Origin: Candidatus Latescibacterota bacterium
GTDB lineage: Bacteria > Latescibacterota > UBA2968 > UBA8231
Reading direction: 5' to 3'
Assembly: GCA_965204725.1 (NCBI GenBank)
Contig: OZ242005.1
Span: forward strand, 4,288,001 to 4,352,000
Length of the DNA: 64,000 nt
Both the position numbers and the translations under genes were made by a program. The notes under the pieces were generated by a model, which was not told the origin of the DNA, made no database searches, and worked only from the letters and a program-made list of their open reading frames with translations. Below, piece by piece: positions 26,186 to 36,265 of this stretch. Within the stretch, counting starts at the first letter, position 1; each line of letters starts with the position of its first letter.

Positions 26186-26214
26186 CTACTCCATCCGTTC
26201 CCGCCCACTCGTCT

Positions 26215-27273
26215 TCACTGCAACCAAGCCCGAGGGTCCAGCCCGAGGCCCCGTGCGGCTTCGACGATGTGGCTCCAAGTCGTATCGTCGATGGGGATTC
26301 CCTCTTCTTGGCGCTGGCGTCCCGTGCGGTATTCGGGGTCGCCGGGCAGCAGTATCTCGCCGATGCTCGGGTCGACGCGGCTGCTGGACACATGGCGGAT
26401 TAGGCTTTCAAGTTCGTTGAAGTAGTAGGACGTTTCTACGAAGTGTTCGATGTTGTAAACCGTAAGGTGCAACCCGTTGCTCTGCATGACGGTCTCGCCG
26501 TTGGCACAGCCCTCGCCGCTGAGGGCGCCGCCTAAGATCTCTACTATCATACTCAGGCAGTACCCTTTATAGGCCACCGGGCCGCCGAAAGGCAGGATCG
26601 CGCCGGGCGGGTCGCCGACAAATGCTTGGGGGTCGGTAGAGGAGTTGCCATCGTGGTCGATGATCCGGCCCTCGGGTAGCTGTTCTCCGCGGTTATAGGC
26701 GACGCGGACCTTGCCTTCGGCACAGACCGAGGTCGTCATGTCGATCAAGAGCGGGTCGGCGTCGCGTCGAGGAGCGGCGCAGGATATGGGGTTGGTGCTG
26801 AGCTTTCCGTCAATCCCACCGTAGGGAGCGATCTGACGCCCGAGGTGACCGGCGTTGCAAAAAGCTAGGCCGATCATGCCTTGGCGGGCGACTTGGAGCG
26901 TATAGGCTCCCACCCGGCCAACGTGCCCACAATGGCGCAAGGTAGCGGTAGCGACCCCGTACTGAGCGGCCTTGTCAATGGCTAGCTGGGTCGCAAAAGT
27001 CCCGCCGATCTGGCCCATGGTTCCACCTCCATCAACGACCACAGTACAGGGCCTTTCGCTGACAATAGAAGGCTGGCCCTTGGGATCAAAGATGCCGTCT
27101 TGGATCTGTTGGACGTATTCGTAGAGGCGCAGGCTGCCGTGCGAGTCGTGCCCGTAGAGAGAGGACTCGACTAAGTGGTCGGTCACAGCGCGGGCGCTTG
27201 CGGGAGGGCAGCCGGCCGTCTCGAAAAGCTGGTAGCCGATCTGGCGCAGGCGGTCGGGTTTGATGTGGGGCAT
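26215..27273 (-). CDS. Ldh_2 family (malate/L-lactate/sulfolactate dehydrogenase-like) oxidoreductase
   Basis: 'GHDSHG','HVGRVG','STNPI','D..TS..AEGK','LPFGG..YKG..L','LPGDPE'. Confidence 0.9.
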   Translation of the reverse strand: MPHIKPDRLRQIGYQLFETAGCPPASARAVTDHLVESSLYGHDSHGSLRLYEYVQQIQDGIFDPKGQPSIVSERPCTVVVDGGGTMGQIGGTFATQLAIDKAAQYGVATATLRHCGHVGRVGAYTLQVARQGMIGLAFCNAGHLGRQIAPYGGIDGKLSTNPISCAAPRRDADPLLIDMTTSVCAEGKVRVAYNRGEQLPEGRIIDHDGNSSTDPQAFVGDPPGAILPFGGPVAYKGYCLSMIVEILGGALSGEGCANGETVMQSNGLHLTVYNIEHFVETSYYFNELESLIRHVSSSRVDPSIGEILLPGDPEYRTGRQRQEEGIPIDDTTWSHIVEAARGLGLDPRAWLQ

Positions 27274-28088
27274 TAGTTGGTTGCTTCCTCGAGGACGCGC
27301 TCGACTTCCCGTTCCCAAGTCCCTGCGACTCGCACACCGTATTCGGCGTTGCCACCAGTGGCTTCCGGTCCGACCAAAATGGGCTGGCCGCGTCTTTCGC
27401 CGATGAGGTTGGCGCGCTCGACGCAGGCGGTGTGCAGAAAGTGGAAGGCAAGTCCGGCGCGCTCGCGATTGGTGGTATTTGCCTTGGTAGCGTGGGCCGT
27501 GCCGTAGCAGAAGAAGGCGACGCCACCGGCCTTTAGCTCAATGGGCACGGCGCGCTCTTCGGGTACTTGGCAATGGATGTGGTGGTCGGAGTAAGGATCG
27601 CGGTCGTGCGGGTACTCCTCCTTGAAGGAGTCGTGGACGACGTGGATGGTGCCATTTTCGATGGTTGCGTCGTGAACGGCCACCCACATGGCAGTGCCCT
27701 TTAAGGGGTCGTCTATTTTGAAATAGGCGTTGTCTTGGTGCCAGTCCGTGCCGATGCCGTGGTCGGCCGGCTTGAGAAACATCTGATCTAGGTGCAAGAT
27801 GAAAGGGGTGCCGATGAGTTGTGAAACGGCCACGGTGATTTTTTCGTCAAAGGGCAGGGCGCGGATGAGATCGCTTTTGTCGTACAGGGGAATAAGTTGC
27901 AGGTTGACCTTGGTGGCAGAGGGGGTCTCGCCATCCCCTTCGGTGGCGACATTGCGGACCAAGCCCTCGCGTTTGAAACGCTCGACTTCGGCCTGCATGG
28001 CTCGGACTTCGCGGCGGTCAAAAAAGTCGGGAACCGCAGTGTAGCCGTGGTTTTTGAAGTGGGTTATTTGGGCGTGCGAGAGCGACAC
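27273..28088 (-). CDS. Phytanoyl-CoA dioxygenase (PhyH) family Fe(II)/2OG enzyme
   Basis: GTG start with RBS AAGGAG; 'WHQDNAYF','W.A..DAT.ENG','T.H....N....R'. Confidence 0.9.
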   Translation of the reverse strand: MSLSHAQITHFKNHGYTAVPDFFDRREVRAMQAEVERFKREGLVRNVATEGDGETPSATKVNLQLIPLYDKSDLIRALPFDEKITVAVSQLIGTPFILHLDQMFLKPADHGIGTDWHQDNAYFKIDDPLKGTAMWVAVHDATIENGTIHVVHDSFKEEYPHDRDPYSDHHIHCQVPEERAVPIELKAGGVAFFCYGTAHATKANTTNRERAGLAFHFLHTACVERANLIGERRGQPILVGPEATGGNAEYGVRVAGTWEREVERVLEEATN

Positions 28089-28120
28089 GGGTGGCTCCTT
28101 ACCTCGTACAGGGTGCGGGA

Positions 28121-29533
28121 CTAGGTTGTACCCTGAGATGCACGCGCCAACTCGCACAAGAGCGCGGCCGAAGTGCGAATGCCGCAGTGAAAGCTGTGCA
28201 TGGAAAAGCACTCGTTGGGGCCGTGCCAGTTGTCGGTGATTTGCCCTAGCCCAATGAGTAGGATCGGTGCCCCCGTTGCGGCGGCAATATCGACGACGAT
28301 GGGAATGGAGCCCCCCTCGCGGGTAAACACCGGCTCGACCCCGAACCCCTTGCGCATAGCCTTGAGCGCTGGCTCGACTAGTGGGTGGTCTAGGTCTAGG
28401 TAGTAAGCCGGTGAGCAATGCTGGTTTTTGAACTCGACGCGGGTGTCTGCGGGCAGCCGAGCGCGGATGTGCCCTTCGAGTGCAGCTTGAATGTGCTCAG
28501 GGTTTTGGTCGGGCACTAATCGGCAAGAGATGGCCGCTCGGGCTACGGCCGGAATGACGGTGCGCGGGCTGCCGCCGCTGAGGAGGTTGATGTCGAGCGT
28601 GGGGCGAGTCCAACGCCTTTCGAGGATGGAGTACTCCCGCTCTCCCGCCAGCGAGGGGATCCCTAAGGTGCGGCAATAGGCATCCTCGTCAGCCGCGAGG
28701 GTGGCGTAGAGGCTCTTTTCGCGGGCCGAGAGCGGCTGCACCCCCTCGTAGAAACCGGGCACAGCAATGTGCCCTTCGGCGTCAATGAGGCCGGCCAAGG
28801 CATTGGCGAGAAGTTGGTTCGGGTTGCGAACAATGCCGCCGAAAAGGCCGGAATGCACGTCCTGCGCCGGCCCAAAAACCTCGACCTCGGTATAGACAAT
28901 GCCGCGCAGCCCCAAAGTCAGCGAGGGCTGATTCGGCCCGTACATGCTGGTATCGGAAATCACCGTACAGAGCACTGGGGCAAATTCATCAAGCCCGCCC
29001 TCGGCCACAAACTGGCTCAACGCAGCGCTGCCGCACTCCTCCTCGCCTTCGATCAAGAAGACCAAATTGAACGGAAGCTGATTTCCATTGGCGAGGACGA
29101 CTTCGGCCGCCTTCAGATGGGCAAAGCTGGGCCCCTTATTGTCGCTGGCCCCCCGGGCGATGAGGAAGCCATCGCGCTCCTCAGCGGCAAAAGGATCCAC
29201 CTCCCAAGCCGAGCGCGGATTGTCCACCCCTTGCACATCGTAATGGCCATAGATCAAGACCGTAGGTCGGTCCGACGAGAACGCGGGGCTGCGAGCGAGA
29301 ACCAAGGGATTGGTCGCGGCCCGCACTTGGATCTTCTCGACCCCAAATCCCATTTGGTTGAATTGGCCGACGAGGAAGTCGGCCGCCTCGGCGAGGCCGT
29401 CGCCCGTGGCAGCATCAGCCCCCGCACTGACGCTGGGGATGCGGATAAGGGATTTCAGTTGTTCGATATAGGACCGCTGCTGCTCGTCAATGAACAGCAG
29501 TGCTTTTTCCAAGGCTGTACCTTCTTCTCGCAT
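28121..29533 (-). CDS. M20 family metallo-dipeptidase/amidohydrolase
   Basis: 'YGHYDVQ','ARGASDNKG','EGEEECGS','DVHSG.FGG','EGGSIP','H.PNE'. Confidence 0.92.
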   Translation of the reverse strand: MREEGTALEKALLFIDEQQRSYIEQLKSLIRIPSVSAGADAATGDGLAEAADFLVGQFNQMGFGVEKIQVRAATNPLVLARSPAFSSDRPTVLIYGHYDVQGVDNPRSAWEVDPFAAEERDGFLIARGASDNKGPSFAHLKAAEVVLANGNQLPFNLVFLIEGEEECGSAALSQFVAEGGLDEFAPVLCTVISDTSMYGPNQPSLTLGLRGIVYTEVEVFGPAQDVHSGLFGGIVRNPNQLLANALAGLIDAEGHIAVPGFYEGVQPLSAREKSLYATLAADEDAYCRTLGIPSLAGEREYSILERRWTRPTLDINLLSGGSPRTVIPAVARAAISCRLVPDQNPEHIQAALEGHIRARLPADTRVEFKNQHCSPAYYLDLDHPLVEPALKAMRKGFGVEPVFTREGGSIPIVVDIAAATGAPILLIGLGQITDNWHGPNECFSMHSFHCGIRTSAALLCELARASQGTT

Positions 29534-29712
29534 CGCGTCTCTGTTCTTTGATCGTCCTTCCCGCCCTTCAGCCTAGCCCGCTATCGCACCTCTCGGCTAG
29601 CGGTAGTGCTCTTGCTGAGGTTGGGTTTATTCATTAGGTTTTTGCAACGAAAAAGTTGAGAATCAAGTCCAGTTTGCCCGCCTTGCACACTTCCCGCAAC
29701 TGTGCAATATAA

Positions 29713-30849
<1,137 letters not shown>

Positions 30850-30929
30850 TCCTCGCCTTTAGGTGAGACAGTAAGCACGACGTGAATCCACGAGGCCCTG
30901 CGACTTAGACGGAGAGAAAGGCGAAAGGC

Positions 30930-31415
30930 ATGTTTGAAGAAGTCTGGAGAGCGTACGAAGAAAACGAGCTAAGCCACAGTGCGGCGCACCACCTGATGGC
31001 GATCCACGAGTTGCGCGAGGCACACGGCTACGCCCGCGTCTCAGATATCGCCAAGCACCTGAGCATCACCAAAGGCAGCGTCTCGACGGCCATGAAGCAC
31101 CTCAAGGAACGCGGCTATGTACAAGAAGACCTCAATCGCTTCCTCGAACTTACCGAACAGGGCTTGAAAGTGGTACAGGAGGTCGAGGAAACGCGCTTAG
31201 TCGTGCAGCGATTCCTCAGAGACGGCCTCGGTATGGACGAGGACGACGCGATGATTGACGCTTGCAAGGTCGAACACCTAATCAGCACTGAAGCGCGGAT
31301 GCGGCTGGTCCGTTTCTTGCACGTGTTGTTTTCGGAAGAACCGGCGGCTAACGGGTTTCTCCAGATGTTCCGCGAAGGTGCCCTAGAGTCCCTCAATGGC
31401 GAAGTGGAAGCGTGA
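30930..31415 (+). CDS. DtxR/MntR family metal-dependent transcriptional regulator
   Basis: wHTH 'ARVSDIAKHLSITKGSVSTAMKHLKERGYV...LTEQG', dimerisation motif 'DACKVEHLIS'. Confidence 0.88.
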   Translation: MFEEVWRAYEENELSHSAAHHLMAIHELREAHGYARVSDIAKHLSITKGSVSTAMKHLKERGYVQEDLNRFLELTEQGLKVVQEVEETRLVVQRFLRDGLGMDEDDAMIDACKVEHLISTEARMRLVRFLHVLFSEEPAANGFLQMFREGALESLNGEVEA

Positions 31416-31482
31416 CCCCTCTGCGGTCTGTTGCGGCGACCCATAGTTGCGAGTAAGGCCAGTCGAAAAACTATACTGAGTC

Positions 31483-31509
31483 GGGTCGGACCCTGTCCGG
31501 CCCTTTTTT
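31483..31509 (+). terminator. Intrinsic terminator-like hairpin directly before the symporter start codon
   Basis: GGGTCGGAC-CCT-GTCCGGCCC-TTTTTT. Confidence 0.65.
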
Positions 31510-32478
31510 ATGACGAAAATCATGCTGGGCTTCCTACAGCGACAGTTCCTTCCCGTTGGTCTATTGGCCGTGGCCGTGGTGGGCTTCTTCTTTCCTCGCC
31601 CGGGTCTCTACATGGCCGAGCTGCCCACTCAATACGTCGCGGTCAGTATCATCTTTCTCCTCTCGGGGCTGATGCTAAAGACCGACGAAATCCACGCCGC
31701 CCTTGCCGCGTGGAAGGCGATGTCTTGGGGGTGCGTTTCGATTCTCTTCGCCACGCCCTTTCTAGGCGCAGCGATCGCGTTCCAGCTCCCAATGGATCCC
31801 GCTTTCCAATTTGGTCTAGCCCTGTTCTGCTGCATGCCGACGACCCTGACTTCGGGCGTGGCACTGACGGCGCAGGCCCGAGGCAATGTAGCCCTAGCCC
31901 TGCTTTTGACGGTGGTGACCAATATCGCCGGCATCTTCACGGTCCCCTTCGTGTTAGCGCATCTTCTGAGTTCCCTAGGCCAAGTCGAGCTTTCGGCCGG
32001 CGATCTGTTCGCCAAACTTTGTCTCTCGATTTTGCTGCCCTTGGGCATCGGCAAGTACTTGCGCCGCTTCGCCATTGATTGGATCAACGCCCAGCGCTCG
32101 CGGTTGAGTTTGGCCAGCAATGCAGCGCTGATCTCGATTCCGTGGATGAAATTCAGCGAGTCTTCGGGGCCGCTAGCCGAGGTAGAGCCGGTGAGTTTGT
32201 TGATTTTGGTGGTGTCTGGCTTGGCGATCCACGCGCTTTATCTGCTGCTCAACGGCGGTGCTTGCGTCCTTTTACAGCTCGAAGCGGCGGCGCACCGGGC
32301 CGTTGTGCTGATGGCCAGCCAGAAGACCTTGCCGGTGGCGATGACGGTGCTGGCCTTTTTGCCCGATTCGGCGGTGTCGCCCGAGCAGAAAGGGTTAATC
32401 GCAATACCTTGTATTGTGTTTCACCTAGGGCAGATTTTCGCGGATGCGGTTATCGCGACGCGGTGGGGGAATCGGTAA
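31510..32478 (+). CDS. Bile acid:sodium symporter family (SBF-like) transporter
   Basis: 'IFLLSGL.L','MPTTL.SGV.LT..A.GN','SQKTLP'; multiple TM helices. Confidence 0.9.
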   Translation: MTKIMLGFLQRQFLPVGLLAVAVVGFFFPRPGLYMAELPTQYVAVSIIFLLSGLMLKTDEIHAALAAWKAMSWGCVSILFATPFLGAAIAFQLPMDPAFQFGLALFCCMPTTLTSGVALTAQARGNVALALLLTVVTNIAGIFTVPFVLAHLLSSLGQVELSAGDLFAKLCLSILLPLGIGKYLRRFAIDWINAQRSRLSLASNAALISIPWMKFSESSGPLAEVEPVSLLILVVSGLAIHALYLLLNGGACVLLQLEAAAHRAVVLMASQKTLPVAMTVLAFLPDSAVSPEQKGLIAIPCIVFHLGQIFADAVIATRWGNR

Positions 32479-33562
32479 AGTGCCCAACCCGACGCAGGGC
32501 CTCAACACCGGATTCGGCGAGCGAGATGGGAAAGTGAACCGGGCGGTTGCCCGCTAGCTGCGACTGATAGATGGCCATGACCATTTCCAACGAGCGGCGT
32601 CCCACAGCACCGTCGCTGCGCAAGGCCCCGCGGCCTTCAAGAGCGTTGATCAGCTCGGACAGTGCCGCGACGTACGTAGAGACCGCTGCGGGCCGTTCGA
32701 CTTCGACTTCTTCGAGGCTGCTCCACTCAAAGCCGCTGTCCGGCTCGGACAGCGCGACCTTAGACTGAAAGAGGCGGACCTGCTCAGGGTCCATGCGAAT
32801 CAGGCCGGTCGTGCCGCGCAGCTCAAACGCATGATCGCTGTACTGCGTTAGCTCGGCGCCGCAGATCAGCCCAGTGGCCCCCCCTTTGAACTTGAGCATA
32901 GCGGCCGAAAAATCCTCGACAGCCCAAGGGCGCATGCGCTGCTCAGCCATGCCGCACAGCCACTCCACTTCACCGGCGTAAAGATCCATCAGGTCAAAAT
33001 AGTGGGTGAAGTCGTGCAGTAAGGGGCCTTCGTTCTCGCTGCGCCACCAAGGTGCTGGCTTGCCCCCGTCCATGTAGCAGTAGATGTGGTTGAGCTGGCC
33101 GATAGCCCCCTCGTCGAGGAGCGTCTTGGCGAGAACCCACTCGGAGTGCCAGCGGCGGTTGTGGTTGACCTGTAAGAGTACGTCCTCCGCTTGGCAGGCC
33201 GCGATCATCTGGTCGCATTCCTCCAGCGAGAGGGCCATCGGCTTTTCGCAGATGATGGCTCGAGTCGAGGAGGCTTGGGCACAGCCGGTGACCATTTCGG
33301 CGTGGAGTTCGGGGTGAGTGGCGACGATGCAGATGTCGGGCTGGACCTCGGCGAGCATTTGTCGATAGTCGTGGTAGAGGGCCGTGACGCCGAAGCGCTC
33401 GCCAAAGGCGTCGAGCTTTTCGCGTCCCCGGTTGACGCCGGCGACCAACTCGCAGGAACGGTGTTGAGCGACCGCCGCGGCGTGGTTGTCGGGCAAGTCG
33501 GAGAAACTGAATTGATAGCCGACGCGCCCCGTGCCTATGATAGCAATGCGATACGTCTTCAT
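32450..33562 (-). CDS. Gfo/Idh/MocA family oxidoreductase
   Basis: 'IAIIGTG','ICEKPMA','VNHNRRW','H.FD'; RBS GGAGG before ATG 33562. Confidence 0.9.
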   Translation of the reverse strand: MKTYRIAIIGTGRVGYQFSFSDLPDNHAAAVAQHRSCELVAGVNRGREKLDAFGERFGVTALYHDYRQMLAEVQPDICIVATHPELHAEMVTGCAQASSTRAIICEKPMALSLEECDQMIAACQAEDVLLQVNHNRRWHSEWVLAKTLLDEGAIGQLNHIYCYMDGGKPAPWWRSENEGPLLHDFTHYFDLMDLYAGEVEWLCGMAEQRMRPWAVEDFSAAMLKFKGGATGLICGAELTQYSDHAFELRGTTGLIRMDPEQVRLFQSKVALSEPDSGFEWSSLEEVEVERPAAVSTYVAALSELINALEGRGALRSDGAVGRRSLEMVMAIYQSQLAGNRPVHFPISLAESGVEALRRVGHFTDSPTASR

Positions 33563-33576
33563 GCAGACCTCCAGTC

Positions 33577-34077
33577 TTAAAAGAGACCGAGTTGAGGAGC
33601 AAGCACCCCTTCGAGGGCGAGCAAAGCCCTTTTGATCGGCAGCCCTCCGGCGTAGCCGACCAGTGTGCCGTTGCTGCCAACCACGCGGTGACAAGGCACG
33701 ACAATTGGCAGAGGGTTCCTGCCGTTGGCTAGACCAACGGCGCGGACCGAGTTTGGGTTGCCCACGCGGCGAGCCAGCTCCAAGTAAGAAATTGTCTCGC
33801 CGTAGGGAATCTCTGCGAGAGCGGCCCACACTTTGCGCTGAAACGCCGTTCCTTGGGGATGGAGTGGCAGATCAAAGTCGCGCAGATGTCCGGCGAAATA
33901 GGAATTGAGCTGTTCGGCGACCGGATAGGGCAAGCCCGGCACGGCCTGCCAATCCGGCGGCGGGCTAAAGTCGCGGCCCTTGAACTGGATGTGCCGCAAG
34001 CCCGTAAGGTCGCCCGCTAGGAGCAGCTCGCCGATGGAACTGGGCACGGTGGTGTAGAGCAAGTGTTCAGTAGGCAT
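33577..34077 (-). CDS. ogt: Methylated-DNA--protein-cysteine S-methyltransferase
   Basis: 'GTAFQRKVW..L..IPYGET.SY','RAVG.ANG.NPLPIVVPCHRV'. Confidence 0.95.
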   Translation of the reverse strand: MPTEHLLYTTVPSSIGELLLAGDLTGLRHIQFKGRDFSPPPDWQAVPGLPYPVAEQLNSYFAGHLRDFDLPLHPQGTAFQRKVWAALAEIPYGETISYLELARRVGNPNSVRAVGLANGRNPLPIVVPCHRVVGSNGTLVGYAGGLPIKRALLALEGVLAPQLGLF

Positions 34078-34132
34078 AAAAATTCTCAATTGTCTTTTGG
34101 TTGCTGATGTTACGCCAGACCGTCTGTGCGTA

Positions 34133-35407
34133 TTAGGTGGATCGGCTGGCCAAATCGCCTTGGGCTTCCCCCAGTGTGCGAAAGTCCGTCCCTGCCGGCT
34201 CCTGAAAAACCCGCAGATCAAAGGCGGGCACAATGGCGAAGATGTGGTCGAAAATGTCGGCCTGAATCGCCTCGTAGTTGGCCCAGACTTTGTCCTTGCA
34301 GAAGACATAGATCTCGATGGGTAGCCCCCTAGAGGTCGGGTCTAGCTGACGCACCAGAAAAGTCATGTCCCCATTGATCTGCGGATGGTTCTGCAGATAG
34401 GCCTGCACGTAGGCGCGGAAGGTGCCGATGTTGGTCATGCGCCGGCCATTTACCAGATGTGAGAGGTCCACTTGGTTGAGCGCGTTGTATTCGGCCAACT
34501 CTTTTTTTTTGCGCTCAATGTGGGCGGTGATGTACTGGATTTTGGCGAAGCGCACGAGCATTTCCTCGTCGCAAAACTTGATGGTGCTGACATCGAGGTA
34601 GATCGCTCGCTTGATCCGCCGTCCGCCCGAGGCCTCCATCCCGCGCCAGTTTTTGAACGACTCGCTGATTAGCGCGTAGGTGGGGATGGTCGTGATGGTT
34701 TTGTCCCAGTTTTGGACCTTGACCGTCGTCAGCGTTATGTCGAGCACATCGCCATCGGCCCCATATTGGGGCATTTCAATCCAGTCGCCGCAGGCAACCA
34801 TGCGATTTACCGAGATCTGGATGCCAGCGACGAACCCGAGAATCGAGTCGCGAAAGACCAAAAGCAGGACTGCGGTCATCGCCGTCAGGCCGCCGAGCAA
34901 GTAGAGCGGTGATTGGCCGATTAGGATTGAGACGACGAGGATGCCGCCGAGCAAGTAGAGGAGAATTTTGAGGAACTGCACCAGCCCCTTGATGGAGACT
35001 TCTTGCGAGGCCCTCGTACTGTGGTAGATGCGGACGCCCGCGCTTATTGACGCATCGACGACGAGGATGCCGCTGAGCACTAGATAAATATGCGCCACAG
35101 TCTGAATGATTTTGACGGAAATGGGGTGGCCTTCTAAGGCCAGTGGCCCTAAGTCGTACATGATGATGCCGGGCACTAGATGGGCCAGCCGGTGCAAGAC
35201 CCGACATTTGATTAGGACGTCGTCGTGGGGAATATCAGTGCGGTGAACGATGGCGGCGAGACCGCGGAGTAGGGGGCCTCTGGCTAAGCGATGGGCGAGT
35301 AAGGCGACGAAGGCCACCACCGCCAAGGCGACCAAGGCGGCGAGGTCTTCGCTGAGGTCCTTGCCGAGACCCCATTCGAGAAATTGGCGGCGCAATACGT
35401 TGAGCAT
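34133..35407 (-). CDS. Mechanosensitive ion channel, MscS family (YbdG/MscM-like)
   Basis: 'GDWIEMP.YGADGDV.DI.LTTVKVQNWDKTITTIPTY.L.S.SF.NWRGM..SGGRRIKR'. Confidence 0.93.
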   Translation of the reverse strand: MLNVLRRQFLEWGLGKDLSEDLAALVALAVVAFVALLAHRLARGPLLRGLAAIVHRTDIPHDDVLIKCRVLHRLAHLVPGIIMYDLGPLALEGHPISVKIIQTVAHIYLVLSGILVVDASISAGVRIYHSTRASQEVSIKGLVQFLKILLYLLGGILVVSILIGQSPLYLLGGLTAMTAVLLLVFRDSILGFVAGIQISVNRMVACGDWIEMPQYGADGDVLDITLTTVKVQNWDKTITTIPTYALISESFKNWRGMEASGGRRIKRAIYLDVSTIKFCDEEMLVRFAKIQYITAHIERKKKELAEYNALNQVDLSHLVNGRRMTNIGTFRAYVQAYLQNHPQINGDMTFLVRQLDPTSRGLPIEIYVFCKDKVWANYEAIQADIFDHIFAIVPAFDLRVFQEPAGTDFRTLGEAQGDLASRST

Positions 35408-35452
35408 TGGTTGTTATAAAAAGACGATGGCTAAGGCGGCTCGCAGGTCGCG

Positions 35453-35935
35453 TTACTCTGGAACCGCTAGGGATGAAGGAAAGTCGGCGAACAGGGTTGA
35501 TTGCTCTTGTTCGCCGCGATATGAGTAAAAGCGCAGGCGACCTCTTTCGTCAACGAGCCAGAATTCCCGGGCACCGCACGCCAAGTACAGATCCTTTTTG
35601 GCCAGTATCTCGCCGCTGGAGTTGGAGGGCGAGCGGATTTCGACGCATACCTCCGGTGCTTGGAGATAGGGCGTATCCATCCCGTGGCGGGCGAAGAAAG
35701 CGTCCGACCCCCAAGCCGCATCGGCGACTTTGACGCCTTGGCTGGTCTGGACCGAGCACTCGGTCAGGACGCGCCCGGCTGTTTTCTGCTGCATCAATGT
35801 GAAGACGACGAGGACTTGGATGTGGCCGTGTTTATTGGAGGCCGGCGTCATGGTGATTTGCCCCCATTCGTTTAGTTCGATCTTGAAGGGTAAGTCCTGT
35901 AGAGCCTTGTTTTGGCACACTTCACTCCAGTTCAT
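35453..35935 (-). CDS. Uma2 family putative endonuclease
   Basis: 'LQDLPFKIELNEWG.I.MTPA...H','VKVAD.AW','APEVCVEI.SPSN','Y...GA.E.W'. Confidence 0.9.
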   Translation of the reverse strand: MNWSEVCQNKALQDLPFKIELNEWGQITMTPASNKHGHIQVLVVFTLMQQKTAGRVLTECSVQTSQGVKVADAAWGSDAFFARHGMDTPYLQAPEVCVEIRSPSNSSGEILAKKDLYLACGAREFWLVDERGRLRFYSYRGEQEQSTLFADFPSSLAVPE

Positions 35936-36057
35936 GGACGCAACTTCCTATTGAGGTCGTTGACCGGTCAGGTTGGTCATAGAGGGAAGATAGCTTACTG
36001 CCTAAGCGAACTCAACTTTCTGTTTTGAGTGTTTTGGGATAGAGATCGGCAGAAATC

Positions 36058-36099
36058 ATGCAGCCCAACTACTACCCGGAAACGGACTCACTGTACTAG
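36058..36099 (+). pseudogene. Remnant of a DUF2283-type (putative antitoxin) gene N-terminus
   Basis: ATG CAG CCC AAC TAC TAC CCG GAA ACG GAC TCA CTG TAC TAG = MQPNYYPETDSLY*, matching the 'M..nYypETDsLYi' start typical of DUF2283 proteins. Confidence 0.55.
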
Positions 36100-36265
36100 C
36101 GAACCTCTACCCACTTTTGGTGCGCTAGCCGCGATCCATTTAAGCGGAGGTCGGACGGGATCGCCAATTTTCTTTGACAACATATAGATGCCCAACGCCT
36201 TCTATGGAAAAAGGTGAAGCATCAAACGGTAGATTGGAACGTTATGCGTTGTCTTTACCTTGAGC

